A stretch of DNA of 63,106 bases, the filler included, from Chiloscyllium plagiosum (taxonomy: Eukaryota): NCBI RefSeq assembly GCF_004010195.1. It is 5 parts of one record of this genome, joined end to end, with 100 filler letters (N's around TTAATTAATTAA, not from the genome) between each part and the next. Parts side by side here need not be neighbours in the genome. Positions count along the whole stretch, not along the records: positions 1 to 16,842 come from NC_057717.1; positions 16,943 to 26,224 come from NC_057717.1; 3 more parts are not named here. One strand, given 5' to 3'. The position numbers and the translations under genes are program-made. Within the stretch, counting starts at the first letter, position 1, and every line of letters starts with the position of its first letter. Below, piece after piece: positions 11,336 to 26,324 of this stretch. The notes under the pieces were generated by a model, which worked only from the letters and a program-made list of their open reading frames with translations, had not been told where the DNA came from and ran no database searches.

Positions 11336-11891
11336 GAAATTATTTGTGAACGTGGGACGTCAGTGAATTGAACAAAAGATAAGTACCCGAGGGAAGTGAT
11401 CTCGTTCCAGGGGCAAGGAGATACTGTTCCAAAGTCCCATCAGGCAGTTAAACGTTTTTCCTGCGTTTCCAATTCTTCATGACACTGGATTAGCCACAAT
11501 TTAGTCTAAAAGACAGAAATTTCCAACCTCGGGGTTGTCTTCAAGGAACTGGGAGAGAATTCTTTAGGACAGCAACATTTTCACCCTCCGTATTAGGAAC
11601 TGGGAAGAAGTGACCAGTGTCTGCTTTTGAGCGATAAATTGTGTGGGAATGCTCTAGAATCCATCTGTTCTTATGGGTGTGTATCTGTGTGTTTGGGGAG
11701 GAAGAGTTTCTGGTGTTTTATGACACATTTTTGTCAGTAACTCAGACCTTCCCATTTGCTATTCCATTTCCAATTATTTTAATAAATCTCTAAATGCAGT
11801 GACACATTTGAAAATCTCACTCTGTCCACAATCAAGCTGGTCATTTTCCCTCCAGGCTGATGTATAATATGTTTGTTTTACTTCCTCACAG

Positions 11892-12790
11892 TTAACGTAG
11901 TGACGATCTACGTCCTGATTCATAATGATTGTGGATTGTCTTTGTGTGCCAGACTTTACCTGTGGGTCATGGCTGTAGCAGATCTATTGGTAATTATCCT
12001 CGATCTGACACTCAGACAAATTCCCATTATTTATTTGGAACAGTTTTATTTCCCGATGGACATCCCCGTGTGTCATATCCATGCCATCCTGCTTTATGCT
12101 GCCACTGGCTATTCTGTCTGGCTCACTGTCGCTTTCACCTTTGATCGATTTATGGCCGTTTGTTGTCAGAAGCTGAAAAGCATATACTGCAGTGTGAAAA
12201 TGGCGGCTGTTTTTCTGGAAGCAGTGACTGTGCTGAGCTGTTTAAATAACATTTTTTGGTATTTTTGCTCACAGCTTGGTATCGGCTGGGAAACGCCCCC
12301 TGGTTTTGTTATGGAACAGGAGGTCTTGATTTCTTCGGTGTCTGGGTCATAATCGAGATCCTCCACAACATTCTAACCCCGGCTCTCCCATTTCTCCTGA
12401 TTCTGCTGCTCAATGTTTCCACCGTCAGACACATTTTAGTGACCAGCAGAGCCCGCAGGAGCCTCCCGGCTCACAGCAATTGGGATGCTCAGTCTTACAC
12501 AGAAATGAAAAAACCCAAAACAAGCCATCGTTTTACTGTTTGTGATCTCAGCCAATTATATCCTGTTTTGTTCAACATCAATGGTGTATTCTATATCTTA
12601 ATGTATGTGGTGGACTTTGGACACCCCTATGCTTCTCCATAACTTTGTGCAGGAATTGGGCTTCATGCTGCAGCTCCTCAGTTGCTGCACAAACACTGCA
12701 ATTTATGCCGTGACTCAGACTAGATTCAGACAGCAAATGAAGAATGTGCTGAAATAGCCCTTTGCCAAATTCATCAATCAATCAGTCAGT
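11892..12790 (+). pseudogene. Class A GPCR pseudogene, GPR139/GPR142-like, exon 2 (end of TM1 to helix 8)
   Basis: Acceptor ttcctcacAG at 11890-11891, phase 1, then (V)NVVTIYVL; MAVADLLV (TM2), VWLTVAFTFDRF (TM3), TPALPFLLILLLN (TM5), IVLLFVISAN (TM6), LQLLSCCTNTAIYAVTQTRFRQQMK (TM7/H8); frameshifts near 12265 and 12515; stops TAA 12599-12601 and TAG 12755-12757. Confidence 0.9.
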
Positions 12791-13169
12791 ACATCCAGTA
12801 TTGACTTGTTTGAAATCAATGTTTCAGCGATGGAGCCAGCTGTCGATATGGTAACAGAACCGAGTATAGCGCTTTTTTGTCCAACCTCAATCCGCAGCTG
12901 GTTACAGGACCACATTTCAATATTTCTCTCAACTTAGGTTCCAGTGAGAAAAAGCAGGTTCACACTGACGGTATCCGTCACTTCAATTTGGAAACAACAA
13001 AGAGTTCATTAAAATGTGCAGCGCAGCAGCTTGAATGGCATTGTTGTCTGTTTTTTGTAGAAGGCGTTGAGCTGGAGACAGACATACTCAGCCCCAACTC
13101 CTGGTACTCAGGGAAGGGGACGACACTGGGTCCTGAACTCAGAGTTGGGTTGACGTGCCTATGTCCTCG

Positions 13170-16100
13170 AGTGTGATGGTGGGGGAGTGTGCAGCAGAAT
13201 GAGCATGACGGTGGGGGTGGGTGCGACGGAGTGTGCATGACGGTTGGTAAGTGCGCCCGAGTAAGTGTAACGGTTGTGGATTGTGATGGAAATATATGTG
13301 ATGCTGGCGGGGTGTGTTGGGGAGTAAGTGTGACGGTGGGGGATTGTGATGGGAATGTGTTTGATGGTGGTGGAGTGTGCCCGGAAGTAAGTGTGTTGAT
13401 GGGGGACTGTGCGGGACGGTGAGGGTGACGGGGGAACAGTGTGGGACCGTGAATGAGACTGTGTGATGATGGGAGAGTGCACGGGGTAGTGTGCATTACG
13501 GTGGGGCATTGTGCAGGGGAGTAAGTGTGACGGTTGAGGAGTGCGTGGGATAGTGAGTGTGCTGGTGGGGGAGTGTGCTTTAGAGTCAGTGTGACGGTGG
13601 CAGATTGTGAGGGCTGTGAGTGTGACGGTGCGTGATGCTGGGGTAGTGAGTGTGAAGGTGGGGCAGTGTGCGGGTCACTGAGCATGAGGGTAGGGGAGAA
13701 TGCAGAGGAGCATATGTGACTGTGCGGGTGTGTGTAGGGAGGTGAGTATGACAATCGTGGAGCGTGTGGGGAAGTGAGCGAGATGGTGGTGAGGTGTGTG
13801 GGAGAGTGAGTGTAACACTGCGCGCATGTGTGGGGCATTGAACATGATGGTGGAGGAGTGCTCAATGGGAGGAGTGTAACAGTGGAGGATTGTGCAGGGC
13901 AGAGAGAATGACCATGGGGGAGAGTGCAGGGGAGTTTGCATGACAGTGGCCAAATGTGATGGGTAATGAGCGTAACGGAAGGGAGTGTGCAGAGGTGCGA
14001 GCATGACTCTGGGAAAATATGTGGCAGCATGAGCATGAGGGTGGGGAGTGTGGGGTATGAGTGTGATGGTTGTCAAGTGTGTGAGGGAGTGAGCGTTAGG
14101 GTGGGCAAATGTGCCGGGGAGTGAGAGTGATTATAGGGACAAGTCGGTATATTGAGAGTGACAGCAGTGCATTGTGTAGAGGGATGACCATGCTATGGTG
14201 GAGGATATGGGTGAGCGAGAGTGATGGGGTGGAGAGTATGCAGGAGAGTTCGTGTTACAGTGGATAGGTGTGCGACAGAGTGAACTTTAAGGGGGGAAGA
14301 GTATGGGGGGATGANNNNNNNNNNNNNNNNNNNNNNNNNNNNNNNNNNNNNNNNNNNNNNNNNNNNNNNNNNNNNNNNNNNNNNNNNNNNNNNNNNNNNN
14401 NNNNNNNNNNNNNNNNNNNNNNNNNNNNNNNNNNNNNNNNNNNNNNNNNNNNNNNNNNNNNNNNNNNNNNNNNNNNNNNNNNNNNNNNNNNNNNNNNNNN
14501 NNNNNNNNNNNNNNNNNNNNNNNNNNNNNNNNNNNNNNNNNNNNNNNNNNNNNNNNNNNNNNNNNNNNNNNNNNNNNNNNNNNNNNNNNNNNNNNNNNNN
14601 NNNNNNNNNNNNNNNNNNNNNNNNNNNNNNNNNNNNNNNNNNNNNNNNNNNNNNNNNNNNNNNNNNNNNNNNNNNNNNNNNNNNNNNNNNNNNNNNNNNN
14701 NNNNNNNNNNNNNNNNNNNNNNNNNNNNNNNNNNNNNNNNNNNNNNNNNNNNNNNNNNNNNNNNNNNNNNNNNNNNNNNNNNNNNNNNNNNNNNNNNNNN
14801 NNNNNNNNNNNNNNNNNNNNNNNNNNNNNNNNNNNNNNNNNNNNNNNNNNNNNNNNNNNNNNNNNNNNNNNNNNNNNNNNNNNNNNNNNNNNNNNNNNNN
14901 NNNNNNNNNNNNNNNNNNNNNNNNNNNNNNNNNNNNNNNNNNNNNNNNNNNNNNNNNNNNNNNNNNNNNNNNNNNNNNNNNNNNGTGGCGGAGGGGGGGA
15001 GGGGGGGAGTGGGGGGGAGTGTGCAGGCGAAGGAGTGTGATGGTGGGGGAGTGTGTGAGGCAGTGTGTGTGATTGTGCAGTTCATGTGCAGTGGATTGAG
15101 CATGACTCTGGAAGATTGTGGGGGCAAAGTGAGTGTGAAAGTGGGGTGGAGTTCAGGGGAGTGAACATGATGGTGGTTTTATTGTGCAGGTGGGGAAGTG
15201 TGCAGGGGTCTGATCGAATCAGTTGAAATTTGTGTAGGTGACTGAGTGTGACAGTGGGTAAGTATGTGGGGGAGAGTTCATTACGGTGTGTTGGTTTGCG
15301 GGGACTGAGCTAAACAGTGGGGGATTGCGCATCAGAGTGGAGGAGAGTGTGGGGGAGTGAAAGTGACATTGTGCGAGAAAAACAGCGTGACAGTGGGTGC
15401 GTGTGCAGTGGAATGCGTTCGATGGGGTGGGAGAGTGTGGGGGAGACTGCGTGATCGTTACAGAGTCTGTGCGAGCGTGAGTACGAGAGGGACTTTTGCA
15501 GGGGAGTGACTGTGCCGGTGGGGAAACCCGTGGGTGAGTGAGATTGAAGGTCCAGGATGTGCAGGTGAGTGAACACGACGGTGGGTGGGTGCAGTTTGGT
15601 AAACGTAGTAGGTTTTGAGTCTGCAGAGAGTAGGTGTCAAAGTGGGGAAGTGTGCGAGCAGTGAGCTGAATAGTGGGAGATTGTGCACGGTTGTGAGAGT
15701 GACGGTAGGGGAGATTGCGGGGGAGTCAGTGCGATGGTGGAGCTCTGTCTGGTGGAGTGACTGTGACCGTGGGTGAGGGTGTGGAGTGATTGTGAGTTTG
15801 GGGAGTGTGAGGGGGAGTCAGTGTGACAGTGGGGATGCGTGTGTGGAATTGAGTATGATGGTAGTGGAGTGTGTGGTGCAATGAAAATGATGGTGCGAGA
15901 GAATCTGTGCAAGTGAGTGTTAGAGTGGGGCAGTGTGCAGGGGAGTGAGTGTGACATTGAACGATTGTGCGGAGGATGACTTCAATGGTGGGGGTGTGTG
16001 AGGGGGAGTGAGCATTTCGGTGTTGTGTGTGTGAATGAGTGGGCACGACACTGGCGATGTCTGTGGGTGCGTGAGCATGAGAGTGGGAGAGTTTTGCAGG

Positions 16101-16842
16101 GGAGCAGGTGTGATGGTGGGGAAGTGTGTGCGGGAGGGACAATGACGCTGACGTGAGTGCTGGAGAGTGAACACGACGGTGGCGTGTGTGCATGGCAGTG
16201 TGCATGACGGTGGGTGAGAGTGTTGGGGAATGAGTGTGACAGTGGGAGTGTTTTCGGGGAGTGAGCTGGATGGGGAGGGAGTGCGTGGTGGAGTGAGTCT
16301 AATGGCTGAGAGTGAGGGATGGAGTTAGCATCACCGTGGAAGAGTATGCAGAGGGGTAACCGTGATGGTGAGGGAGTGTACAGGTATTCAGTGCGACGGG
16401 GGAAGGTGTTTCCTGTGGAGTGAGTGTGATGGGGTGGTGTGTGCGAGGGAATGAATGTGACAGTGGGGTGGTGGGTGGAGGAGTGGTCATGACAGTGGAG
16501 GAGTGTGTGGGGTAGTGAGTGTAACGCTGGTAAGCGTGTGTGGGAGTCTGCATGACGGCGTGGAAATGTGTGCGGCAGTGGGTGAAACAGGGTAATAGGT
16601 GTAGGGAAGTGATTGTGATGGTGGGGTGGGTGTGGGAGAGTGACCGTGATGGTGCGGGAGTTTTGTTGGGGTGTGAGTGTGACGGTGGCGTGAGTGCAGG
16701 GAGTGTGACGCTGGTGGAGTGTGATTGTGCGGTCGTACGTGCAACGATTGAGGCGTATGTTGTGCAGGGACCACGATGGTGGGGCAGTGGGTGGCGGAGT
16801 GTGTGGGCGTGGGGTTTGGGGGAGTGAGCATGATGATGATGC
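13170..16842. repeat. Degenerate GT-rich satellite (~32-bp period), spans an N gap
   Basis: Recurrent GGGGAGTGAGTGTGACGGTGGGGGAGTGTG-like unit. Confidence 0.85.
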
Positions 16843-16942
16843 NNNNNNNNNNNNNNNNNNNNNNNNNNNNNNNNNNNNNNNNNNNNTTAATTAATTAANN
16901 NNNNNNNNNNNNNNNNNNNNNNNNNNNNNNNNNNNNNNNNNN
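16843..16942. other. Synthetic 100-bp assembly linker (N44-TTAATTAATTAA-N44)
   Basis: Identical construct at 26225-26324, 49629-49728 and 55620-55719. Confidence 0.9.
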
Positions 16943-17468
16943 CTTATCTCGATAAAGAATTCACCTCTGTGAGTAAAATTTACTCAAAAACAACAGGGGG
17001 AGAAGGAGAAGAAGTTATGATTTTGAGAGATCCAGGATCTAACCAGTTTCTAATAGTACAAAATTAGCAAAGTTGCAGTCTTTCTGAGCTGTTACCCAAA
17101 ATTATCGTAATTTGTGGGATAGATGGACAGAAATTTAGCTTTCCTCTACATAAACTCAGGTTGGAGTGCTTACTCAAGTCTGTGGAAGTAACCGTGGGAG
17201 TGACTGACAGAGTGTCAATTCCAGGAATCCAGTTTGTTCTCGGCAATGATTTAGCAGGGTCCATGTTGGGAGCGACATCCTTGTTGTGGAGAAGCCCAAT
17301 GAAGACCACGAAACTGAAGAGATAAAACAGAATTATTTTCCCAGACTGTCCAGAAACCAGATCCCACTATAATAAGTCACAGCATGAAGCACAAAGTAAA
17401 GACAAAGATGAAGGAGTTAAGGTTCAGTTAGCTGATACCCTGTTTGACGTAATGGTGCAGGGAAAACC
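16943..17468 (+). mobile_element. Gmr1-like Gypsy retrotransposon fragment (protease region)
   Basis: ILRDPGSNQFLIV aspartic-protease-like motif; aligns with 53550-54070. Confidence 0.8.
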
Positions 17469-17469
17469 A

Positions 17470-20260
17470 TCACACTCACTGCGTCATTGTCACTCTGATC
17501 TCATCACGCTCTCTCTGTCACCGTTACCTTGACGTCCTCACACTCAGTCCATCACTGTTACCCTGACCCGTCACACACTTAGTCACCATCACACTTCACC
17601 CGTCAAAGTCACACTGATTCCCTCACACTCACTCCTTCGCCCTGACACACTCACACTCTTTCCGTCACCATCACCCTTCCCCATCACATTCACTCTATCA
17701 CTGTCACGAATGACCCCCTACGATCATTTTGTCACTGTCACACCGGCGCCTTCACACTTACTCTGTCACCGTCACCCTGATCCCTCTCACTCCCTACGTC
17801 ACTGTCATCCTGAAGCCCTCACGCTCTCTCCATCACCATCACCCTCACAAATCACTGTCACTCGATCACTGTCACCATGACCCCATCCAACTCACCTCGT
17901 AATCGTCACCCTGACCACCTCATACTCATTCTACCACCATCACCTTGTCACCCTCACACTTCGTCCTTCACCATCACCCCGACCCCCTAACTCATACTTC
18001 GGCACTATCACCCTTGCCCCTCAAACTCTCGCCATCACCATCACACTTACCGGTCACAGTCCCTTCGTCACTGTCATACCTGACACTCTGCAATCACTCC
18101 CTCAGTGTCACCCTGATGTTCTCAAACTCACTGTGTTATCGTCACCCTGACACTTTCAGATTTGCTTTGTCACCGTCACCCTGAACCCATCACACTTACT
18201 CCGTCACAGTCACACTTATTCCCTCTCACTCACTCCATCACCCTGATCACCTCACATTCACTCCGTTATGCCACTCTGACACAGTCCCACTCACTCCATC
18301 ACTGTCACCGTGGTGCTCTCAAACGCACTGCTTTGTCGTCACCTTGACGTCCTCTTGTTTGCTTTTTCACTGTCATACTGAACCCCTCACTCTCCATCTG
18401 TCACTGTCACCCTAATACCCTCACTCACGTGCCAGTAATGTCACCCTGACGCCCACAGACTCACTCCATCACTTTCCCCTGAACAAACTCACCTTGTCAC
18501 CGTCACGCAAACCCTTACACACTTACTTTATCACTGTCACGCAGACCCCTCACACATATTAAGTCACCATCACCCTGACGTCCTCACACTCACTCCATCA
18601 CTATCACCCTGACCCCACACAAACACTTAGTCACCGTCACACTGAACCCATCACAGTCACTCTGCCACAGCCATGCTGATTACTTCACAATCACTCTGTC
18701 ACCCTGACCTCCTCAAACACACTCCATCCCCATCTCCCTGACCCCTTTACATTGACTCCATCACCATCACACTGGCCCCCTTACAATCACTCCGTCACTG
18801 TCACCCTGACCTCCTCACACTCAATCACGCACTCAGTCTTGCACAGTCATACTTACACCCCAAACTCATTAAATCATCATCACTCTTGCCCCACCTCACA
18901 CTCACCCCGCTCCTGTCACAGTCATTCCTCACATTCACTTAGTCCCCATCACACTGTATCCCTCACACTGTCTTCTTCATCGTCACCCATGACCGTCTCA
19001 CAGTCACTCCATCACCCTCATTAAGACTCCTTCGCACTGACGGCCTCACCCTGAACACCTCATATTCCACTTCGTCACCCTGACCCCTTCATATTCGCTC
19101 CTTCTCTGTCACCCCGTCCGCTGACACTCGCTCCCTCTCTGTCACTCTGGTTCCCGGACAATAGCACTTTCACTGTCACCCTGACCCTCTCACACGCATT
19201 TTGTCACCCTGACACCTTCCCATTGTCAACCCTATCTCCTCACACTGGCTCTGAGTCTGTGACCCTGGTCCACTCACAATCACACTGTTATTGTCACCCT
19301 GACCCGTTCACACTCACTCCGTCGTCATCATCCCTATCACCTTACACTCGCTCTGTGTTTGTCACCCTAGTCCCCTCACACTGACAGGGTCACTGTCACT
19401 CTGACCCCCTCACATTCACTCCATCACTGTCAACCTGAATACCTAAGAATCACTCTGTCACTTTCACGCTGACTCCCTCACACTCACTCCATCAATGCCA
19501 CCCTGACCTCCCACACACACTCAATCATCATCACACTGAATCCGCCTCACACTCCCCCATCACTGTCCAACCCCCTCACGCACCCTCCATCACCGTCATC
19601 TCGACCTCCTCATATGGGCTCCGTCACTGTCACCTTGAACCCCTCACACTCAATCCGTCACTGTCATCCTAAAAAATCATACTCACTCCATCAACATCAT
19701 CCTGGCCCATTCACAACCAGTGTTTCACCGTCACACTGACCCTATCGCACTCACTCCATCACCGTCACCCTGACACCCCACAGACTCACTCTCTAACTTT
19801 TACCCTAAAACCGTCACACTCATTCTGTCACTGGTAGCCTGACACACTCAACCTTCCTCCGTCACCGTCTCTCTGACCCACTCACATTTGCTCGGTCACC
19901 ATCACTCTAATCGTTGCCACTCACTCCATTAGTGTCACCGTGACCACCTCTCACTCGCTCTGATTCCGTCACTCTGACCACTCACACTCACTCCATCACC
20001 ATCATCCCTGCCCCCTCACCATTCGACCACCGCCGTCACCCTGACTCCCTCACACTCACTCCATGGCTATCAGACTGACAGCATCACAGTCACTCCGTTA
20101 CCGGCACACTGACCCCACACACCTTCACTCTGTCACCATCATGCTGCCCCCTCCTACTCTCTCCATCACCCTACCTCCTCCCATTCACTCTATCACCGTC
20201 ACACTGACCCATCACAGTCACCCTGACAGACTACCACAAACTCCCCTACTGGACACTCCT
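17470..20260. repeat. Degenerate CA-rich satellite, subtype 1 (~33 bp)
   Basis: Recurrent CACTCACTCCATCACCGTCACCCTGACCCCTCA-like unit. Confidence 0.85.
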
Positions 20261-23200
20261 CCACTGTAACGGTAAACCCCACACACATTTTCCCCACCAT
20301 TACGGTCACTTCGCCGCACGATCCCCACCATCACACATACTCCCCCGCACACTTCGCAAACGTCAAGCTCAATCCCACAAAATCTTCCACCATCACACTC
20401 ACTCCCCTGCACATTTACCAACTGTCACACTTACCCGCCCACACACCAAGACTCCCGTCAATGTCTCTGCACCACATAATCTCCAACCGTCATGCACACT
20501 CCCCTACAAAAACAGGCTTACTCCACCACACACTACCCCACCAAGCTCACTGTCCCCACACTGCCCCACAGTCAGGCTGACTTTCCTACTCACCAGCCCT
20601 ATCATCACTCTCTCTCCACCGCACACTCGTCCATAGTCACGTGCACACACCTGCACATTCTGGACCATCAAACTAATATCCCCACACACTTCCCACAGTC
20701 AGACTCACTGCCCTGCATACACCTCACTGTAACACTCACTCCACTGCACATTCCCCACCACCAGATGCACTGCCGTGCACACTCCCCCACCATCACGTTC
20801 ATTCACCTGCACACACCCCACTGTCACGCTCACTCCCCAACTCATGACCCCACCGCCACACTCACTGCCCTGCGCACACCGCACTAACACGCTGACACTC
20901 CTATACACACCTCACTGACATGCTCACGACTCACTCATTACCCGATCATCGCATTCACCATGCCCCACACTCCCTCAACATCNNNNNNNNNNNNNNNNNN
21001 NNNNNNNNNNNNNNNNNNNNNNNNNNNNNNNNNNNNNNNNNNNNNNNNNNNNNNNNNNNNNNNNNNNNNNNNNNNNNNNNNNNNNNNNNNNNNNNNNNNN
21101 NNNNNNNNNNNNNNNNNNNNNNNNNNNNNNNNNNNNNNNNNNNNNNNNNNNNNNNNNNNNNNNNNNNNNNNNNNNNNNNNNNNNNNNNNNNNNNNNNNNN
21201 NNNNNNNNNNNNNNNNNNNNNNNNNNNNNNNNNNNNNNNNNNNNNNNNNNNNNNNNNNNNNNNNNNNNNNNNNNNNNNNNNNNNNNNNNNNNNNNNNNNN
21301 NNNNNNNNNNNNNNNNNNNNNNNNNNNNNNNNNNNNNNNNNNNNNNNNNNNNNNNNNNNNNNNNNNNNNNNNNNNNNNNNNNNNNNNNNNNNNNNNNNNN
21401 NNNNNNNNNNNNNNNNNNNNNNNNNNNNNNNNNNNNNNNNNNNNNNNNNNNNNNNNNNNNNNNNNNNNNNNNNNNNNNNNNNNNNNNNNNNNNNNNNNNN
21501 NNNNNNNNNNNNNNNNNNNNNNNNNNNNNNNNNNNNNNNNNNNNNNNNNNNNNNNNNNNNNNNNNNNNNNNNNNNNNNNNNNNNNNNNNNNNNNNNNNNN
21601 NNNNNNNNNNNNNNNNNNNNNNNNNNNNNNNNNNNNNNNNNNNNNNNNNNNNNNNNNNNNNNNNNNNNNNNNNNNNNNNNNNNNNNNNNNNNNNNNNNNN
21701 NNNNNNNNNNNNNNNNNNNNNNNNNNNNNNNNNNNNNNNNNNNNNNNNNNNNNNNNNNNNNNNNNNNNNNNNNNNNNNNNNNNNNNNNNNNNNNNNNNNN
21801 NNNNNNNNNNNNNNNNNNNNNNNNNNNNNNNNNNNNNNNNNNNNNNNNNNNNNNNNNNNNNNNNNNNNNNNNNNNNNNNNNNNNNNNNNNCCTTGAAATC
21901 TTCCCCATGGTTACTCTGTCTCCCTGCTCAGTCTGCCATCGTAACACTCAAAGCCCCACCGTCACGCACACTCCCACACACACTCCTTCACCATCACGCT
22001 CACTTCCCCATACATGTAACACATAACCACTCTCATTCCTCCTCACAAACCCTTGCCGTCAATTTCACTTCCCAGCACACTCTCCCAAATCATTCTCAAA
22101 CAGCGCACACTCTCCCACCGTATGCTCACTGACAAGAACACTATTCTAATATCTTCCTCACTCCCCATGCACTCCTCCACCATTATGCTCAATCCCCTCA
22201 GACTATCCCATCATCACAGTTACACCCCACACACCAATCCTTTCATTGCTCTCACAAGATCACAAACTACCACTATGTCACGCTCATTCCCACGCACATC
22301 AATCCTACCATCACTATCACCCCTCCGTGCATATACCCGTCGTAAATTGCACTCCCCCATGCACTTAGCCACTATCACGCTGACTCCCCGACACACCAAC
22401 ACTAGCTATCATGCTCACTCCCACACACACTGCCCCATCATCACGCTCACTCCCACACACAGCAATCACACCAGCACTCCCCATCCTCCGCGCACACTCC
22501 CACTATCAATTACACTCCTCAACGCACTCCCCAAACGTCACTCTCACTCCCCAGCACACTCTCTCACAGTCATTCTCAAACCATACACAATCCACCACCA
22601 TCACACTCGCTCCCATGCATACTCCCCAACCGTCACGCTCACTTCGTCGCAATCACCCCCACCGTCACGCTCATTCCCCTGCACACTCTTCCACAATCAC
22701 ATGGATCACCCACCCATCATCCCACCAACAGCCCTGCATGCCCCCCACTGTCGCGCTCACACTCCTGCACACTGCCCCATGTCACGTTCATTCCCCCGTA
22801 TACTGTCCCACTGGCACACTCACACCCACAAACGCTCCCCTACCACAATGATCACAACCACAGAAACTCCCCGACCGTCATACACACTGCCAACATAATC
22901 CCTCACCGTCACATTCACTGCCACACACGAATCCCACTTTTCTATCACTCCTCCCCCACACACTCACCGTCACTTACACTCCCCTACACACTCGCCCACC
23001 GTCCTGCTCTCTTCATGACACACCAACCCCAGCTTCACGCTCCCTGCCACATACACTCTGCCACCATCACACTCACTCCCCACACACCAATCCCACACAA
23101 TGCTCACTCCTCCAAGCACACCCCTGTCATCAATTACACCCTCAACGCACCCCCTAAATGTCACTCTCACTCCGCAGCACACTCTTCCACTGTTACTGTC

Positions 23201-26200
23201 CATCACCGTCACGTTCACTCCCACACCGCCACCCTCCATCTATTGCATTCACCCCCACCATCACTGTAACTCCACTCCATACACGCCCACAGTCACATGC
23301 ACACCCACGCACACCTCCCCACCATCACCCCAGCAGCCCAGCATGATTCCCAACGCCACATTTACTGACCTGCACACATCCTACTGTCACACTCACACTC
23401 CTGCCCACTGCCCCATGTCACGTTCATACCCCACATTCTGTCCCACTGGTATGCTCACACGCCCACACGTTCCCGCAACATCACACTCACATCTCCACCA
23501 ACCCCTTGACCGTCACACACACTGCCACACATGATCCACCACCGTCATGCTCACAACCCCACTCACCAACCAAACTATCATGCTCACTCACACACTCACC
23601 GACACTTTTGTCTCTTTCACACGTGCACACACTCTCCCACTCTGACACTCACTGCCCCAAACATCAACACACCTTTACGCTCACTGCCCACAATGAGCAC
23701 ACCGTCACAATCACGCCCCCACACACCAACCCCACTGCCACTCTCACTCCTATGCGCACACCCCCTCTGTCACTTTCACTCCCCCAGTACTCCACCGTCA
23801 TTGTCACTCGCCGTACACTCCACCGGTCACTCTCATTTCCCAGCACACTGTCCCACCATCATTTTCAATTCCTGCAACGCCCACCATCGTCATGCTCACA
23901 ACCGCGCATATTCTCCCACCATCAAGCTTACTCCCCTTCATGCGCAACCACGGCCACACTCACTCGCTCATGCAATTACACACCATCACGCTCACTCTCT
24001 CGCACACTCTCCCAACATCATACTAACGGCCGTGCACAGTGCATACCATCACACACACACTGCCCTGCACACACATGCGTCGTGCTAAGTCACCTACTCG
24101 TTATCCCACCATCACATTCATTACCGCGCACACTACCCCACCATAACGCTCAATCCCCCTTCTCTCCTACAATCACGCTTACTTCTACACCCAGTACCCA
24201 ACTGTCACTCTCACTCTACCGATCTCTCCGCCACCATCACTCTCACTTTCCGGATACTGTCAACCTGTAACACTCACTCCCCCACACTCCCCTACCATCA
24301 TGCTCGCTCGCCTGTGCATCATTCCAAAATCAAACGCAATGCCTTCCGCTCTCCCCCACTGACACAATGACTCCGCCAAACCGTCCCACACCCTCACTTA
24401 CATTCCCTGACACATCCATCACGCTCACTCCACTGAATACTCCCCCACCGTTATGCTCTCTCCCATACAGAGTATCCCTTCATCACACTCACTCCCAAAC
24501 ACAATCCCCACCAAAACTCTTGCACCCACGTACACACCCCTCCTGTCACACTCTCTCCTCCAGAAAATCCACCAATGCCTCGCTCACTCCACCACCATCA
24601 GGCTCATTCCCCAACACAAACTCACCATAATACTCACTCCCTCACACACTCGCCCAGAACCACACTGACTCCACCACACACACACCCAACCTAATGCTTA
24701 CTGTGCCGTACACTCCACCAACATGACTCTCACTCCTCTGCATACTCACCTACTCTCATACTCACGACCTGTCACAATCATTCCACCACACATTCCTCCA
24801 CCATCACCCTCATTCCCCTGCACAAGACCCCACTGTTACACTGACTCCCCATACTCACACCCACGATCACACTGACTGCCCTGCGAACATCCCTCTATCT
24901 CGGAAACTTTCACACTGTCCCCTACACTCCTGTTCACTCACTCGCACAACACAACACTGTCACACTAAATGCCCAATACGCTCCCCATCATCACACTCAC
25001 TACCCCGCCATGACTGTCAGTCCCTCCCATACACCCCATCTTAAAAATCCTTCTCACACATACTTTCTCACCCACTATCACTCCACCACACTATACCCCA
25101 GCATCATGCTCACAACCCCAAACATTCCCCCACCAACTCTCAACCCCCGCACAATCCCCCACCATTACGTTCACTACCCGATAAACCACCCCACCGTCAC
25201 TATCACTCCCACACAAAACTCCCCACTTCACACTCATGGCCCCTTACACTAACTAACCCTCCCACGAACTCCTTCACTTTTAAGGTCACACCATGGACAC
25301 GCCCCCACCATCACTCTGAGTTCCCCACACACTCCCCCGTGACGCAGTTACGTATCCAACACACTCATCCATCGTCACTCGCGTTCGCAGCGCAATCCTC
25401 CACCATCACTCTCACTCTGCTGCTCAGTCCCCCAATGTCACACTCACTCCTCCACACTCTGCACGATCGTGAATTTCACTCCCTTGACAATCCCCCCACA
25501 CTCCCATCACAGTCTCCCTCTGTCAGTCTTATGCCCACACATACTCCCCTGCTGTCACGCTCACTCCCCCACACATTCCATACCGTCACACTTAATCCAT
25601 TGAACACTACTCCAAATTCACACTCACTCTTGCGCTAACCCCTCCACTGTCATGTCATCACACATACCCGCGCCATCATGCACACTCCTCTGCATGCTCA
25701 GTCCCTCGCACACTCGGCTTACGTCTTCCTCACGCCCCCACAAAGGCCACCACTGTCAATGTCACTCCTTCGCATACTCCACCACTGTCACACACACTCC
25801 CACACACACTCTGCCACCATCATGGGCACTGAATGCAGCACACGCCCACGATCACTCTCACTCACCTGCACACTCCCACACCCTTTTGCTCAATGTCCCA
25901 GACACTCCCCTACCAGATTTCACTCCCCTTCCCACTCCGCAATGCCATGCTCACGCTCCCACAGCCTCCCCCACTGACATGCTTGAAACTCCATACACAG
26001 TCTCCCAGTTGCACACTCACTACCGAGCAAACTCCTCCACCGTCACTCCCACACTCCCACGTCAACCCCCACCGTCACTATCAGTCACCGACACTGTCTC
26101 CACCGTCATGCTCACTCAGCCACACACTCCTCCTGCCACACAATCACACGCCCTGTACACTCAACCCCCGTCACTCTCGCCCTCCCAATACACCCCCGAC

Positions 26201-26224
26201 TATCGCACTTACTCCCTCACACAC
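20260..26224. repeat. Degenerate CA-rich satellite, subtype 2 (~32 bp), reverse-complement type of 13170-16842
   Basis: Recurrent CACACTCCCCCACCGTCACACTCACTCCCC-like unit. Confidence 0.85.
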
Positions 26225-26324
26225 NNNNNNNNNNNNNNNNNNNNNNNNNNNNNNNNNNNNNNNNNNNNTTAATTAATTAANNNNNNNNNNNNNNNNNNNN
26301 NNNNNNNNNNNNNNNNNNNNNNNN

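Noticed and set aside
16843..16942. TTAATTAATTAA island within Ns, repeated four times in the window
   Set aside because: Identical 100-bp N44-12mer-N44 construct with stops in all six frames; a synthetic contig linker, not biology
12978..26276. Many long His/Pro/Thr/Ser-rich or Gly/Val/Cys-rich ORFs
   Set aside because: Translations of low-complexity satellites and N runs; no domain signal
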